DNA of 64,000 nt. It comes from a virus. Lineage: Duplodnaviria > Caudoviricetes. The stretch lies in the IMG/VR virus record IMGVR_UViG_3300007513_000003; one strand, written 5' to 3'. How positions within the stretch are numbered: position 1 is the first letter of the stretch; the number at the start of each line of letters is the position of its first letter. Below are positions 49,493 to 58,534 of this stretch, piece by piece. The notes below the pieces were generated by a model, which did not search any database, was not told the DNA's origin, and worked only from the letters and a program-made list of their open reading frames with translations. The position numbers and the translations under genes were made by a program.

Positions 49493-49738
49493 TTATGAAT
49501 TATTTTCAACTATTTCTACATCAGCGAAAGGCACTAGAAAAACCCAGCCTTTTTCATGGTCTTTTATTTCATAGACTTGAGTCTCAAGATCCATGGCCAT
49601 GATCATTCCTACTCGGTTTAGGGATTTTTCACCTGCTACTGGAAGATCGGATGTCGAATATGATCCGCCCGGGCGTCCAAACTGGTCCACAGGAAACTTC
49701 TTCTTGTACGTACATTTTGGTGTGTCATACATGCTCAT
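49493..49738 (-). CDS. hypothetical protein
   Basis: ATG 49738 preferred. Confidence 0.55.
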   Translation of the reverse strand: MSMYDTPKCTYKKKFPVDQFGRPGGSYSTSDLPVAGEKSLNRVGMIMAMDLETQVYEIKDHEKGWVFLVPFADVEIVENNS

Positions 49739-49922
49739 CTTGTTTTCTTTCAGACTTGTTAGAAAATTGGCCAAAGTCACTGGGTGAATCTATGCGAGCG
49801 TAGCCCAGCGTCTCGATAAACCACATCATCGCATCCGGATGAAGTGAGCATACTCGAGCACCATTCTCGTCATAGAACCCAGGACCTTGGTAATCGGTCA
49901 ACATTGTTAAATTAGTTCTCAT
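49725..49922 (-). CDS. hypothetical protein
   Basis: AAGGAG RBS. Confidence 0.6.
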   Translation of the reverse strand: MRTNLTMLTDYQGPGFYDENGARVCSLHPDAMMWFIETLGYARIDSPSDFGQFSNKSERKQDEHV

Positions 49923-49933
49923 TGTGCTTCTCC

Positions 49934-50104
49934 TTAATCTATATGTCCTGTGATGGCCAAAAGAATTATTACACCGATCGCAATTCCGAATACAGCAAAA
50001 GATTTAACGAGTCCTTTGAAAAACCCTTCGGGATCGTTTACTAGATAGTGGATATTAATACCAACACTTAACACTGGCACCACTAACAAAATGAATAACC
50101 ACAT
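49934..50104 (-). CDS. small two-helix membrane protein (56 aa)
   Basis: Read by hand; two hydrophobic stretches; fills the gap. Confidence 0.5.
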   Translation of the reverse strand: MWLFILLVVPVLSVGINIHYLVNDPEGFFKGLVKSFAVFGIAIGVIILLAITGHID

Positions 50105-50108
50105 TATG

Positions 50109-50438
50109 CTATGCCTCTACTGATAAACGAGTGCTAGGCACTCTCCATAAGCCGTGTTGCATACAATCCACAACAACCCTAGAGCGTTTTATTTCTCGTA
50201 CTACTCCAGACATTGTAGGGGGGACCTTTCCTCTATTAGTTTTGCGTCCTGTGTCAACAGTAACCTTATCTCCTACTTTTAGAGATTTTATTAATGTGTT
50301 ACCTTTCCGTCTGCGTTCTCGAATAATATTTTGATGAATCATATCCAACTCATCCATGGATAGATCTCGAAAATCAGTGTTCATGATTCGTTTGAACGCC
50401 GAACTCATTTCGTCATGATTGACATGAATATTATACAT
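50109..50438 (-). CDS. hypothetical protein (SH3/KOW-like C-terminus)
   Basis: LKVGDKVTV...GVVREIKRSRVVV pattern. Confidence 0.6.
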   Translation of the reverse strand: MYNIHVNHDEMSSAFKRIMNTDFRDLSMDELDMIHQNIIRERRRKGNTLIKSLKVGDKVTVDTGRKTNRGKVPPTMSGVVREIKRSRVVVDCMQHGLWRVPSTRLSVEA

Positions 50439-50439
50439 A

Positions 50440-50628
50440 TTACCACCTATCCTCTTTCCAGGTATAATAATTAAGACGCTTCTGCACCGTTTCGCCGGCG
50501 AAATTTTCTGAGATATATCTGTTAAACAGTTTTGTAGTCATTTCAGGGCAATCGTCTGCTATCCAGATGCGATCCATTTCAAAGTAAAGATCAACATCAG
50601 ACATTTTCTTTGGATTAATCTTGCTCAT
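50440..50628 (-). CDS. hypothetical protein
   Basis: ATG 50628 preferred. Confidence 0.5.
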   Translation of the reverse strand: MSKINPKKMSDVDLYFEMDRIWIADDCPEMTTKLFNRYISENFAGETVQKRLNYYTWKEDRW

Positions 50629-50694
50629 GGCTGTGTCAGTGTTGCCCACAAAGTCAGAACTAAGCCTGCCATAATAAACAACTCGATAATAACA

Positions 50695-51105
50695 TCAACC
50701 ATTGGTTAATACCTTTCGTTGTCGTTTAACCATATCGTTGATGTAGCCTTCTACACACGATTCGTGGCCACCGACGCGCCAATGGTAGTATCCCTTCATC
50801 GCGTCGTCAGATTTTTTCGGTTTCCAGTCGTATATAGTAGCGACTAGTTTATGCTTCCAATATTCTGGTTCAACATCATCTCCTGTAACGCTCATCTCTA
50901 CACGAAACTCGTTATGTACGTTTTGATATCCTCGCGAAGCGCGGATCCGCGCATCCTCAAATGAGTATTCGGGGTCTTTGTCCATACCTACATTAAAAAT
51001 AAAGAGAGATCGAATCTCCTCGTAGGTTGCGACAACTGCCCCTTGATAGGTTGTCAGGTGAATGTTAACGTCATCACCCAATGCTGTGATAGTGTAGTCA
51101 ACCAT
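50695..51105 (-). CDS. hypothetical protein
   Basis: 136-aa ORF, tightly packed. Confidence 0.6.
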   Translation of the reverse strand: MVDYTITALGDDVNIHLTTYQGAVVATYEEIRSLFIFNVGMDKDPEYSFEDARIRASRGYQNVHNEFRVEMSVTGDDVEPEYWKHKLVATIYDWKPKKSDDAMKGYYHWRVGGHESCVEGYINDMVKRQRKVLTNG

Positions 51106-51106
51106 T

Positions 51107-51397
51107 TTAAAAATACCTCACGCGAGTATTGTCAGTGTTTTCGAATTTATCCGCTTTGTTGCGCCGTATACCGGGCAATGCTCCTTTCGGAACTTCGTTT
51201 TCAGTCAAGTAGCCAAACCCCTTGTAATTGCCAGAGTCCATAAGGACTTGCTCAACCATCAACATCACGCCTTGGCGCCAGTAGCGATCAACAGGAACGT
51301 ATTTGCTTTCTACCTCGCTCCAACGCATAGATGCTTCAAGGGCTCGATTTGCCATACCCTTAACTTTCTCAACTTCGATTGTCTTTCGATGTGCCAT
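51107..51397 (-). CDS. hypothetical protein
   Basis: 96-aa ORF, TAATG overlap. Confidence 0.65.
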   Translation of the reverse strand: MAHRKTIEVEKVKGMANRALEASMRWSEVESKYVPVDRYWRQGVMLMVEQVLMDSGNYKGFGYLTENEVPKGALPGIRRNKADKFENTDNTRVRYF

Positions 51398-51963
51398 TAC
51401 GAGTTCAACTCCTGAATCATATCATACGCTTCTTGTCGCGAAAGTCCCATATCGCGATGGTCCTTCTTGGTGATACAAAACAAGGCCCACAACTGCTTCT
51501 TGGTCGCTTCGCCTTCGAGAGCAGTCCACTTCTTTACGGACTTCTTCTTGGCGGCCTTCTTTTTCTTGGATGACGCCTTCTTTACTCGATCGCTCGCACC
51601 AGGCTCGTAAACATACGGCTGGTTCCATTTGCCGAGATTAATGTCAACATACCAACCAACATCAAAGTAGTCTGTCATAATGTCGGAGTTATCGTAGTTA
51701 TCGATGTTGAGCAGATCGTTGGCCTTGGTCAAAAACTCCTTGGCTTTGCCAGTCCAATGACTATCGATCCAGTATACGTTTACCTGGTTATGGGTATGCT
51801 CTGCGGTTCTGGAATTTTCAAAGTCGATGGCACCAGACTTGATGGTAAGGACCACTGTGCTGTGATTTTGGACGGACAATGAACCTTTGAGTCCGTACTC
51901 CTTCAGCAGTTTTCGCATTGCGGGTTGAACTGCTTTCTTCCGTTCTTGATTATACCATGCCAT
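51397..51963 (-). CDS. hypothetical phage early protein
   Basis: GGAGG RBS; NYDNSDIMTDYFDVGWY motif; TAATG overlaps. Confidence 0.7.
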   Translation of the reverse strand: MAWYNQERKKAVQPAMRKLLKEYGLKGSLSVQNHSTVVLTIKSGAIDFENSRTAEHTHNQVNVYWIDSHWTGKAKEFLTKANDLLNIDNYDNSDIMTDYFDVGWYVDINLGKWNQPYVYEPGASDRVKKASSKKKKAAKKKSVKKWTALEGEATKKQLWALFCITKKDHRDMGLSRQEAYDMIQELNS

Positions 51964-52454
51964 TACGCGGCCTCCGCACGAAATTCTTCGAAAGTTTTGG
52001 TTTCACCGTCCTCATAAACATAAAGGACAGGATTGTATTTGTCCGCTTCACCAGCAACGATGGTCTTGGACGACCGCATTCCAATGACGCCTTCAGCGTC
52101 ATCGGACCAACTGTAGTCCCGAGCGCGGAACTGTTCAGCATAAAAGCCGATATCAGTTTCGACCAGGATCCAAGGAGTTTCCCACTCCTCGCCAACCGGC
52201 TCGCACTCGTCGAGCAAGTTACAACCGATCACATACTCCTCAAAGGCGGGATTGTCCCGGACGGTAACCGCGTCACCAACACGATCAGCAAGACCGCCGG
52301 GTTTAACAGCCTCAATGGCTTCCATGGGTGACAGGTTTTCAACCACATAAAGTTCGCCACCCTTGGCTTTCCAGTATTGAGGACATTCACCCTGGCCGTC
52401 CCAATCATGGGCGCCGTAGTTTTCGAGAATCTGTGTAGTAATAACGATTTTCAT
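51963..52454 (-). CDS. hypothetical protein
   Basis: ATG 52454 downstream of a promoter; TQILENYGAHDWDG.GECPQYWKAKGG. Confidence 0.65.
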   Translation of the reverse strand: MKIVITTQILENYGAHDWDGQGECPQYWKAKGGELYVVENLSPMEAIEAVKPGGLADRVGDAVTVRDNPAFEEYVIGCNLLDECEPVGEEWETPWILVETDIGFYAEQFRARDYSWSDDAEGVIGMRSSKTIVAGEADKYNPVLYVYEDGETKTFEEFRAEAA

Positions 52455-52485
52455 ATTTCTGCCTGTTTCTTTAGCGTATATATAC

Positions 52486-52539
52486 ATTATACGGGATCTG
52501 GGCGAAATTGTCATGAAAAAAGGTGATGTAAGTTGTTGA
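52486..52539 (-). promoter_or_regulatory. sigma70-type promoter with upstream IHF-consensus box
   Basis: AATCAACAACTTA, 14 bp, ATGACA, 17 bp, TATAAT. Confidence 0.65.
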
Positions 52540-52573
52540 TTTTAAAGGACTTTTAAAAAAATGCTAAAAAATA

Positions 52574-52990
52574 CTAGAATTCAAGCGATAATCGCATAGA
52601 TTCCACAATTTTATTAAGGGAATTTCCGCTTAAATAAAACATTGTAGCCAGTTTTTCTTCAAAAATCGAGATTTTCATTGCTTTATGTAATTTCCCTATT
52701 TTATTAGAATGTATGAAATACGGGCTTGGGATATAGTGGTCCAAATCTAGATACAGATGCAGTTTCCCTTCGTAATCATCTATATCTAGATCGAACTTGT
52801 ATTCCTTTATATCCAACTCTTTTGTTATTGTTAGATATCCCGGCTTAGTAAGTCGTAGTCCATTGCTAGATTCTCTAATATTATACCACCAGAAATCAAG
52901 ATATTTTTTTCTATTTTTTTGATTATCTGGTATATCTAGCAGACTAAAAAATTTTGTTGTGTAGTCTAATTTTGTTAATTGCTTACTCAC
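52574..52990 (-). CDS. hypothetical protein
   Basis: 138-aa ORF overlapping the upstream stop. Confidence 0.65.
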   Translation of the reverse strand: MSKQLTKLDYTTKFFSLLDIPDNQKNRKKYLDFWWYNIRESSNGLRLTKPGYLTITKELDIKEYKFDLDIDDYEGKLHLYLDLDHYIPSPYFIHSNKIGKLHKAMKISIFEEKLATMFYLSGNSLNKIVESMRLSLEF

Positions 52991-53276
52991 TAGGTTTTAC
53001 TTTTTTCCCTTTAGATAATAAAAACACTGAGAATTTATCTGTCTTAAATTGGGAATTTAATTTTTTAGCCAAGTTATGTGCGTGACCTGGATTACCAAAG
53101 GCTATTCTTTTGTATTTTGGCCCAGGGTAATTGACTAATAGATTACTTGTCTTAAGGTTGATTGGCTGACCGTCATAGAACACTGTCCAGATACCTTCTA
53201 CTTCTAAAATCTGGTCTGACTTATATGTGTCCTTGTTAATGTGTTCTAAAAGAACTTTAGGTTTTGGCCTGCTCAT
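52983..53276 (-). CDS. hypothetical phage protein
   Basis: GGAG RBS; GATAAATA at 53328-53335 upstream. Confidence 0.7.
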   Translation of the reverse strand: MSRPKPKVLLEHINKDTYKSDQILEVEGIWTVFYDGQPINLKTSNLLVNYPGPKYKRIAFGNPGHAHNLAKKLNSQFKTDKFSVFLLSKGKKVKPSE

Positions 53277-53353
53277 ATTTAATCTGCTTCTCCATTATAT
53301 GTACAAGGCATAATATGTACATATAACTATTTATCCGCAGATTAAATATTTTA

Positions 53354-53596
53354 TTACTCGAATTCTCCAGCGTCAAACTCTACTTTAATAACGTTGTCTT
53401 CAAGTTTTTCTTTTTGTAATCTAATGATTTCTTCTTGACAAGTTGCAATATGAGTCAAAAGTACAGCCAAACAATGTTCAAGATCTTGGCAATGTTGCTT
53501 GCCTATCCTTAACTCATTTTGTCCGGTGTGTCTAATTCCGGCAATTTGGTTAAGTAGATTTTCTACAGGGCGCAAATTAAGTTGAGGATTTGGCAT
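53354..53596 (-). CDS. hypothetical protein
   Basis: 80-aa ORF. Confidence 0.6.
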   Translation of the reverse strand: MPNPQLNLRPVENLLNQIAGIRHTGQNELRIGKQHCQDLEHCLAVLLTHIATCQEEIIRLQKEKLEDNVIKVEFDAGEFE

Positions 53597-54065
53597 ATCT
53601 TAATGCTTCCTTTGCCTTTTCAATCGTTTTAAACGGGCCTTTATATCCGTATCTATCTAATGTAATAAGTTTAGGACAAAACGCCGATGTCCATCCTATT
53701 TTTATAAAGTTAACAATATAATATCCGGCACAAAACCAACATTTACTATCCTCTCTTTTATTAAACATCGGAAGTTTTCTTTTAAGATCATATATAACAT
53801 TATATGCATTCTTAGAATTAATTGGATAGTTGTGTACTTCTTCAGATGCTTTTGTTGGTTTATCACTTGCTTTATATTTAATAAAGCGAAGTGGATACTT
53901 ATCTAACAATGTTTTTTTAGAATTGAATGCTATCTTTTTGCCGTGTTGCGTAACAACATAGTGAGAGTCTCCTATTCTGTTTAATAAGCCGACACTTTCA
54001 CCATTTCGTGATAGTATCCAAAATCTGTCTTTTACTAGTGGTTTTGCTACAGTGTCATCTGTCAT
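53577..54065 (-). CDS. hypothetical protein
   Basis: 162-aa ORF. Confidence 0.65.
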   Translation of the reverse strand: MTDDTVAKPLVKDRFWILSRNGESVGLLNRIGDSHYVVTQHGKKIAFNSKKTLLDKYPLRFIKYKASDKPTKASEEVHNYPINSKNAYNVIYDLKRKLPMFNKREDSKCWFCAGYYIVNFIKIGWTSAFCPKLITLDRYGYKGPFKTIEKAKEALRYAKSST

Positions 54066-54338
54066 TTATCTACCTATGTCCTTGATACAGTCTTTGCTGA
54101 TAACTTGATATGCTCCTTTATTATAAGCAGGAGCGATTGTATGATTTGTTGATTTCAATGAATCACGGCACGGGCCCAATGGGATTCGTGTGTCTAATGA
54201 AGGATAATTAGGGCTATTAGTTTCGTAATTGGGAAAGGGATTAACCGTAGAAGTTAATCTTATTTTCTTTTTCCGGCCAAATACCTTTAGACGCTTCTTC
54301 CGCGCCGCCCTTACTTGCCTTTCTTGATACGTGCTCAT
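54066..54338 (-). CDS. hypothetical basic protein
   Basis: TIAPAYNKGAYQVI C-terminal motif; TTGACT...TATAAT promoter directly upstream. Confidence 0.65.
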   Translation of the reverse strand: MSTYQERQVRAARKKRLKVFGRKKKIRLTSTVNPFPNYETNSPNYPSLDTRIPLGPCRDSLKSTNHTIAPAYNKGAYQVISKDCIKDIGR

Positions 54339-54380
54339 ATATAATATTATAATTGAAAAAGTTTATATAGTCAAGTGATA

Positions 54381-54626
54381 TTAATCGTCTTTGTTTATAT
54401 CACCAATATCTACTTTGAGGTTTATTCTGTATTCGTCCCAGTATTTCTTGTGTGCTTCAGTATGAATTAACTTAGCAAGTTTCGCTTGACGTTCACGATA
54501 TTCGCCTTGCTTGAGCCAATACTCTTCTTCAGTGTATCCACTTTTGTTAACGTTTTCCATGAACTCTCTTTGCTGTTTAATGAGTTCTTCGATTGCTTTT
54601 TGCTTTTCAGTTTTTTTGATCGTCAT
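54381..54626 (-). CDS. hypothetical protein
   Basis: 81-aa ORF. Confidence 0.6.
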   Translation of the reverse strand: MTIKKTEKQKAIEELIKQQREFMENVNKSGYTEEEYWLKQGEYRERQAKLAKLIHTEAHKKYWDEYRINLKVDIGDINKDD

Positions 54627-54810
54627 TTAAGTTATCGTTTGCTACTGATAATACAAAATCTTGTATTGTAACATCATCATTGTTTTGGAAATTATCACAA
54701 TATAAGTCCCAATAATAGTCCATATACATTACTGAAACTTCTCTTGGCATTTTTTGATAAAAATACCACTTTTCAAATTCTTCTATTTTTTCTTTTATAT
54801 CTGTAGTCAC
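54607..54810 (-). CDS. hypothetical protein
   Basis: GTG start overlapping the rnh stop. Confidence 0.5.
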   Translation of the reverse strand: MTTDIKEKIEEFEKWYFYQKMPREVSVMYMDYYWDLYCDNFQNNDDVTIQDFVLSVANDNLNDDQKN

Positions 54811-55775
54811 TGTGAATACCTTGCGTTTAATAAGTCGCTAAATTTGTTTGCTTCTTCGCCTAGTTTAAGTAAATTGTGCTTACCGCAAAATTTAAGAAAG
54901 TGTAGTCCAACGTTGCCATTGTCTTTTTGGACAATTTCTCCGATGGTTTCGACTATTTCATTACGAATTTCTTCAGGTTGTGCTGTAAGATCAATTAATA
55001 TACGATTACGCTCATAATCATCTTTTACGCGGTGTTCTATTTCGTTATGGTCTATCCATCGCTGTAACATCATATTGTTCCAAACATAACCCTTATTGTG
55101 CCTGTCCTCAAATGCTTCTTTTAACACAGTCTTACGAACACGTGGATAAGCAGTAAACACGTTATCGCTTGGATCACCACGCATACACTTTTCAAACAAT
55201 AACCATTCTGGATTAGGAATCTCTTTGGGCTCTTTAGTTTTCTTATCAATAACCATATTGCCCTTCTTGTCAAAAATGCCTTCGTTGGTTATTAACTGAT
55301 CCGTAATGCCATTATACTGTTTAACATTAGTATCTAGCAGTTGATAAAAATCACTGTCACTGCTAATGATAAAATGTTCGTCATCTGGATGTCCTTGTAT
55401 AAATCCAGCAATAAGATCATCCGCTTCAAGTGTTGGATTTTGAATTACAGTACAATTGGTTTTGCTTCTAAGAAATGCAGTAAAATCTTCAAACACTTCC
55501 CAAAACAATTCATCTTCTTCCTGTTCTTTTTCAGTAAGTGCTTGTCGTGCTACTACTCTATTCTTTTTGTATGGCTCATAAAAGGACTTGCGCCAACTTC
55601 TGCCTTCCAAACAAAATATAACATGGTCAGCATTAAACTCACGCCATACTTTGGCCACGGATCCAAGAGTTACATGGATAGCAAGACCTAGTTTAGTGTC
55701 AGTATCAACACTTTTGGCAACTACGTGCCTTGCTCTAAAAAACATATTAGCGGTGTCTATTAATAGATATTTCAT
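54807..55775 (-). CDS. rnh: T4-type RNase H / 5'-3' exonuclease
   Basis: LLIDTAN, EG..WRK..Y..YK.NR, LEADD.I, SSDSDFYQL, RGD.SDNV. Confidence 0.88.
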   Translation of the reverse strand: MKYLLIDTANMFFRARHVVAKSVDTDTKLGLAIHVTLGSVAKVWREFNADHVIFCLEGRSWRKSFYEPYKKNRVVARQALTEKEQEEDELFWEVFEDFTAFLRSKTNCTVIQNPTLEADDLIAGFIQGHPDDEHFIISSDSDFYQLLDTNVKQYNGITDQLITNEGIFDKKGNMVIDKKTKEPKEIPNPEWLLFEKCMRGDPSDNVFTAYPRVRKTVLKEAFEDRHNKGYVWNNMMLQRWIDHNEIEHRVKDDYERNRILIDLTAQPEEIRNEIVETIGEIVQKDNGNVGLHFLKFCGKHNLLKLGEEANKFSDLLNARYSQ

Positions 55776-55937
55776 TTAACCTTCTGCTTTTGCGATGGCT
55801 CTGGACCAATAACGAACAATAATTTCTTGTACATCTTTATCTGTCCAATCGCTGGGCATATCATAACCCTTAACAACTAGCCAGATTGTATTAGCTAATT
55901 CTCTGTCTAATTTTTTATCTAAATCTTTGTCCGTTAT
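55776..55937 (-). CDS. 53-aa ORF with possible ATA start
   Basis: Open frame ending TAA directly before the rnh ATG; no ATG/GTG/TTG near its 5' end. Confidence 0.35.
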   Translation of the reverse strand: MTDKDLDKKLDRELANTIWLVVKGYDMPSDWTDKDVQEIIVRYWSRAIAKAEG

Positions 55938-55956
55938 ATGTCCGATTAAAAAACAT

Positions 55957-55987
55957 GAAAAGTAGAACGGCTAGCTCTGCCTAGCCG
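55957..55987 (-). terminator. Rho-independent terminator
   Basis: CGGCTAG/CTAGCCG stem followed by TTCTACTTTT on the - strand. Confidence 0.7.
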
Positions 55988-56012
55988 AACCACTTTATCA
56001 GAGTAAGCGATA

Positions 56013-56246
56013 TTACTTCTTCGTAAATAGCCAATAAAGAACTGCAACCGCTACTAAGCCAACAAGTCCGTTGCTACCTAGTGCATTTACAAGTCCGATA
56101 ATGTTACCTACTACATCGCCTGGCAAAAACGCTACACCAGGGCCGAAAATGATTTGTAGGACTACTGCTAGTGAAACTAGAGCAACGCCTACTTCAGTCA
56201 ATTTTCTTACCCAGCCTAACGCTGTGTCAACGATATTTCCAGCCAT
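56013..56246 (-). CDS. small two-TM membrane protein
   Basis: AGGAGG RBS; hydrophobic; G..GLVGLVAVAVLYW. Confidence 0.7.
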   Translation of the reverse strand: MAGNIVDTALGWVRKLTEVGVALVSLAVVLQIIFGPGVAFLPGDVVGNIIGLVNALGSNGLVGLVAVAVLYWLFTKK

Positions 56247-56272
56247 ATCTTACCTCCTTTTTGGTTGTTTTT

Positions 56273-56363
56273 GATATAAAATATTTTATATCGTTGTTAC
56301 TCTGTATTACTACAGAATTTTTACAACACTTTCAGTATAACATTGTCATACTAACTGTGTCAA
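56273..56363 (-). promoter_or_regulatory. sigma70 promoter plus 20-bp palindrome in the leader
   Basis: TTGACA (56358-56363), 18 bp, TATACT; GATATAAAATATTTTATATC at 56273-56292. Confidence 0.5.
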
Positions 56364-56945
56364 GTATTTTAATAATATTCTCGCCCACTTTCTGTGTGCG
56401 GCAGGTCCGAAATACTGTGTTCCGGAGTTAAAATCAAAATTTTGTGCTTTTAACTGAGAAACCATGGTTTCATCGGAATCATATGGACTAATATAAGAAT
56501 CGCCAAAATCATATTGCTCGTCAGTAGAAACATCTAAGCAATTTTGTGCATTGAACATTAAATGTTTAACATCTAATGTTTTTAAATCTTCGTGTAATTG
56601 AATCACGTCTTTTAAGTGATCCTGTGGAGTAGCAAGGGAATAATTCCATTCCTCAAAACCTACTACCGCAACTGTGTCTTCTGGATTAGGCTTATTGCTA
56701 ATATATTTCATTACTTCATTTATAATGGTTTTATTTACCCAACCTGGTTTAGATATATTAAAAGTGCCTATTTTCATAACAGGCGTAAAATGTATCCAGA
56801 ACGCCTGTGCTTTATTTTCTGGGTGTGAGTCATCACCATGCGTTTTATATAATGAATCTTCGTTGGCATATATATGATCATTGACGCATTGAACGCCTGA
56901 TGTATGTGCCCCTCCTACGCATATGATAGAACTAATGGTATTCAT
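56346..56945 (-). CDS. degenerate SGNH hydrolase-like protein
   Basis: ICVGGAHTSG in place of GDS(F/H)TxG; N.S.PG; YFGPAAHRKWA in place of HPxxxAH. Confidence 0.5.
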   Translation of the reverse strand: MNTISSIICVGGAHTSGVQCVNDHIYANEDSLYKTHGDDSHPENKAQAFWIHFTPVMKIGTFNISKPGWVNKTIINEVMKYISNKPNPEDTVAVVGFEEWNYSLATPQDHLKDVIQLHEDLKTLDVKHLMFNAQNCLDVSTDEQYDFGDSYISPYDSDETMVSQLKAQNFDFNSGTQYFGPAAHRKWARILLKYLTQLV

Positions 56946-56950
56946 TTAAA

Positions 56951-57337
56951 TTATTTATATTCTTTTTTCCCGTTTTGTATGTCTCGCATTTGTATATTAA
57001 TATTGCTACCTACGACGTCTTCATCATATGTTTCCATAGCAATTTGTCTACATAAGTCTTGAAACCATTGATCCACCACTTCTTCGTCTGTTTCACCAGT
57101 TAATCCGTGACCACGTAACATTTTAACGAATGGGTCGTTCCAATCTAATTCAAACGCACCATTAAGTGGGTTCTCACTATTAATTTCTACATCCACAATG
57201 GTAAACCATGGTTCACCCTTTTTTGTCGCTTTCTCCTTTGGCGTCAATTTTTTCTTTGGTTCTTTAACTGGTTCTGGGGTTGGCTCAGAACCAAATGCAT
57301 TTTTTAGTTTTTCAAATATATCCATTATGTTCCCCAT
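56951..57337 (-). CDS. hypothetical phage protein
   Basis: EKAT..GEPW...G.FELDWN..F...L...G..GETDEEVVDQWF. Confidence 0.65.
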   Translation of the reverse strand: MGNIMDIFEKLKNAFGSEPTPEPVKEPKKKLTPKEKATKKGEPWFTIVDVEINSENPLNGAFELDWNDPFVKMLRGHGLTGETDEEVVDQWFQDLCRQIAMETYDEDVVGSNINIQMRDIQNGKKEYK

Positions 57338-58209
57338 GCATTACCAAACAGATCAGAGTGTAGTCTTGGACTATAACGTAATCCATGTTTCATAACTGCT
57401 TCTGCGACAATGCGTGTATTCTTTTTATAATCATCATATAAACCACCTACAGGCATACAATAAACAGGACAGTCAACGCCTGCTTCTTTATATACTGCAA
57501 TGGCTTTTTCTACTTCATCCATGCTTTCTTCGCTATCAATAACAAATTTAAAATACATGTCTGAGAAAGGCATTTTATAATATGCGGCCGCCACATCAGG
57601 CTTAATTGCTTTTCCCCATGGTTCGCCGCTTGCTGATAGTTTAGGAGAGCACGACCAGGTAACATATGGTCTGATAGGAGTCCTGTAATTAGCAAAATCA
57701 CCGGTCCAATTTCGCCAGTCGTAAAACCATTCAAAAATTTTGTCAGTTAAATTTCTAGTAGTATTAGTCTCGAATGTAACATTTTTTAAATCCTGCATAC
57801 GATCATGTGCAAATAAATCAGGATATATTTTTTGCCACATCATAGGCTCACCGCCCGTAATAACTAAATGTATGTCTTGCCCATTGGGCATTATCCAACT
57901 GCCATTGGGCGTTTTTGCCAATAGATCATCTACTAATTTGTCTAAGTCTACATCTGTTGCTAAATATTTAAATCGTGGATCCCAACTTGCATAACTGTCA
58001 CATCCTGTGCTAACTAATGGCAAATCATCAAAGTGTGTATAATCAGCGGCAAAAACGCCGAGTCGCTCTTTGCTTAACTCACCGCGTGGCATTCCAAAAC
58101 CTTGGCATTTTAAATTACAACCAAACAGTCGCAAGAAAACAGACGGCACGCCTGTAAACTTACCCTCTCCTTGTAAACTATAAAATATTTCTGTATATCT
58201 AATCTTCAT
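57325..58209 (-). CDS. queE: 7-carboxy-7-deazaguanine synthase (radical SAM)
   Basis: EIFYSLQGEG..TG.P.VFLR.FGCN..C (insert) CDS, ITGGEP, FETN, SPKL, R.H..L.G. Confidence 0.92.
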   Translation of the reverse strand: MKIRYTEIFYSLQGEGKFTGVPSVFLRLFGCNLKCQGFGMPRGELSKERLGVFAADYTHFDDLPLVSTGCDSYASWDPRFKYLATDVDLDKLVDDLLAKTPNGSWIMPNGQDIHLVITGGEPMMWQKIYPDLFAHDRMQDLKNVTFETNTTRNLTDKIFEWFYDWRNWTGDFANYRTPIRPYVTWSCSPKLSASGEPWGKAIKPDVAAAYYKMPFSDMYFKFVIDSEESMDEVEKAIAVYKEAGVDCPVYCMPVGGLYDDYKKNTRIVAEAVMKHGLRYSPRLHSDLFGNAWGT

Positions 58210-58534
58210 CGGGTTTATTTCCTTGCCATTTATCGCCAAATAATTTATGTAGTGGTATTGCTTGATGTTCTTCCTTAGTCATACCCCAACTAGGCCCCTT
58301 TAACATTCGCTGTATTTTAATTTGCATATCGTCGTATTCTTCTTTCCATTCTTGCTTTTCTTCTTCTAATCTTTTTGGAAGTTTATCTAATATTATAACA
58401 ATTTCTTTAAGATTGTCAAGTGTATTACGTTCAGTTCGTGATATGTATACACTGTGTCGAGGTATTTTAAAATTATCGAAGCATTTGTCTATTAGGTCTT
58501 TTGCCTTATTAATGTCATCTTGCATAACTCTCAA
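58199..58534 (-). CDS. hypothetical protein
   Basis: 111-aa helical ORF, overlaps on both sides. Confidence 0.55.
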   Translation of the reverse strand: MRVMQDDINKAKDLIDKCFDNFKIPRHSVYISRTERNTLDNLKEIVIILDKLPKRLEEEKQEWKEEYDDMQIKIQRMLKGPSWGMTKEEHQAIPLHKLFGDKWQGNKPDED

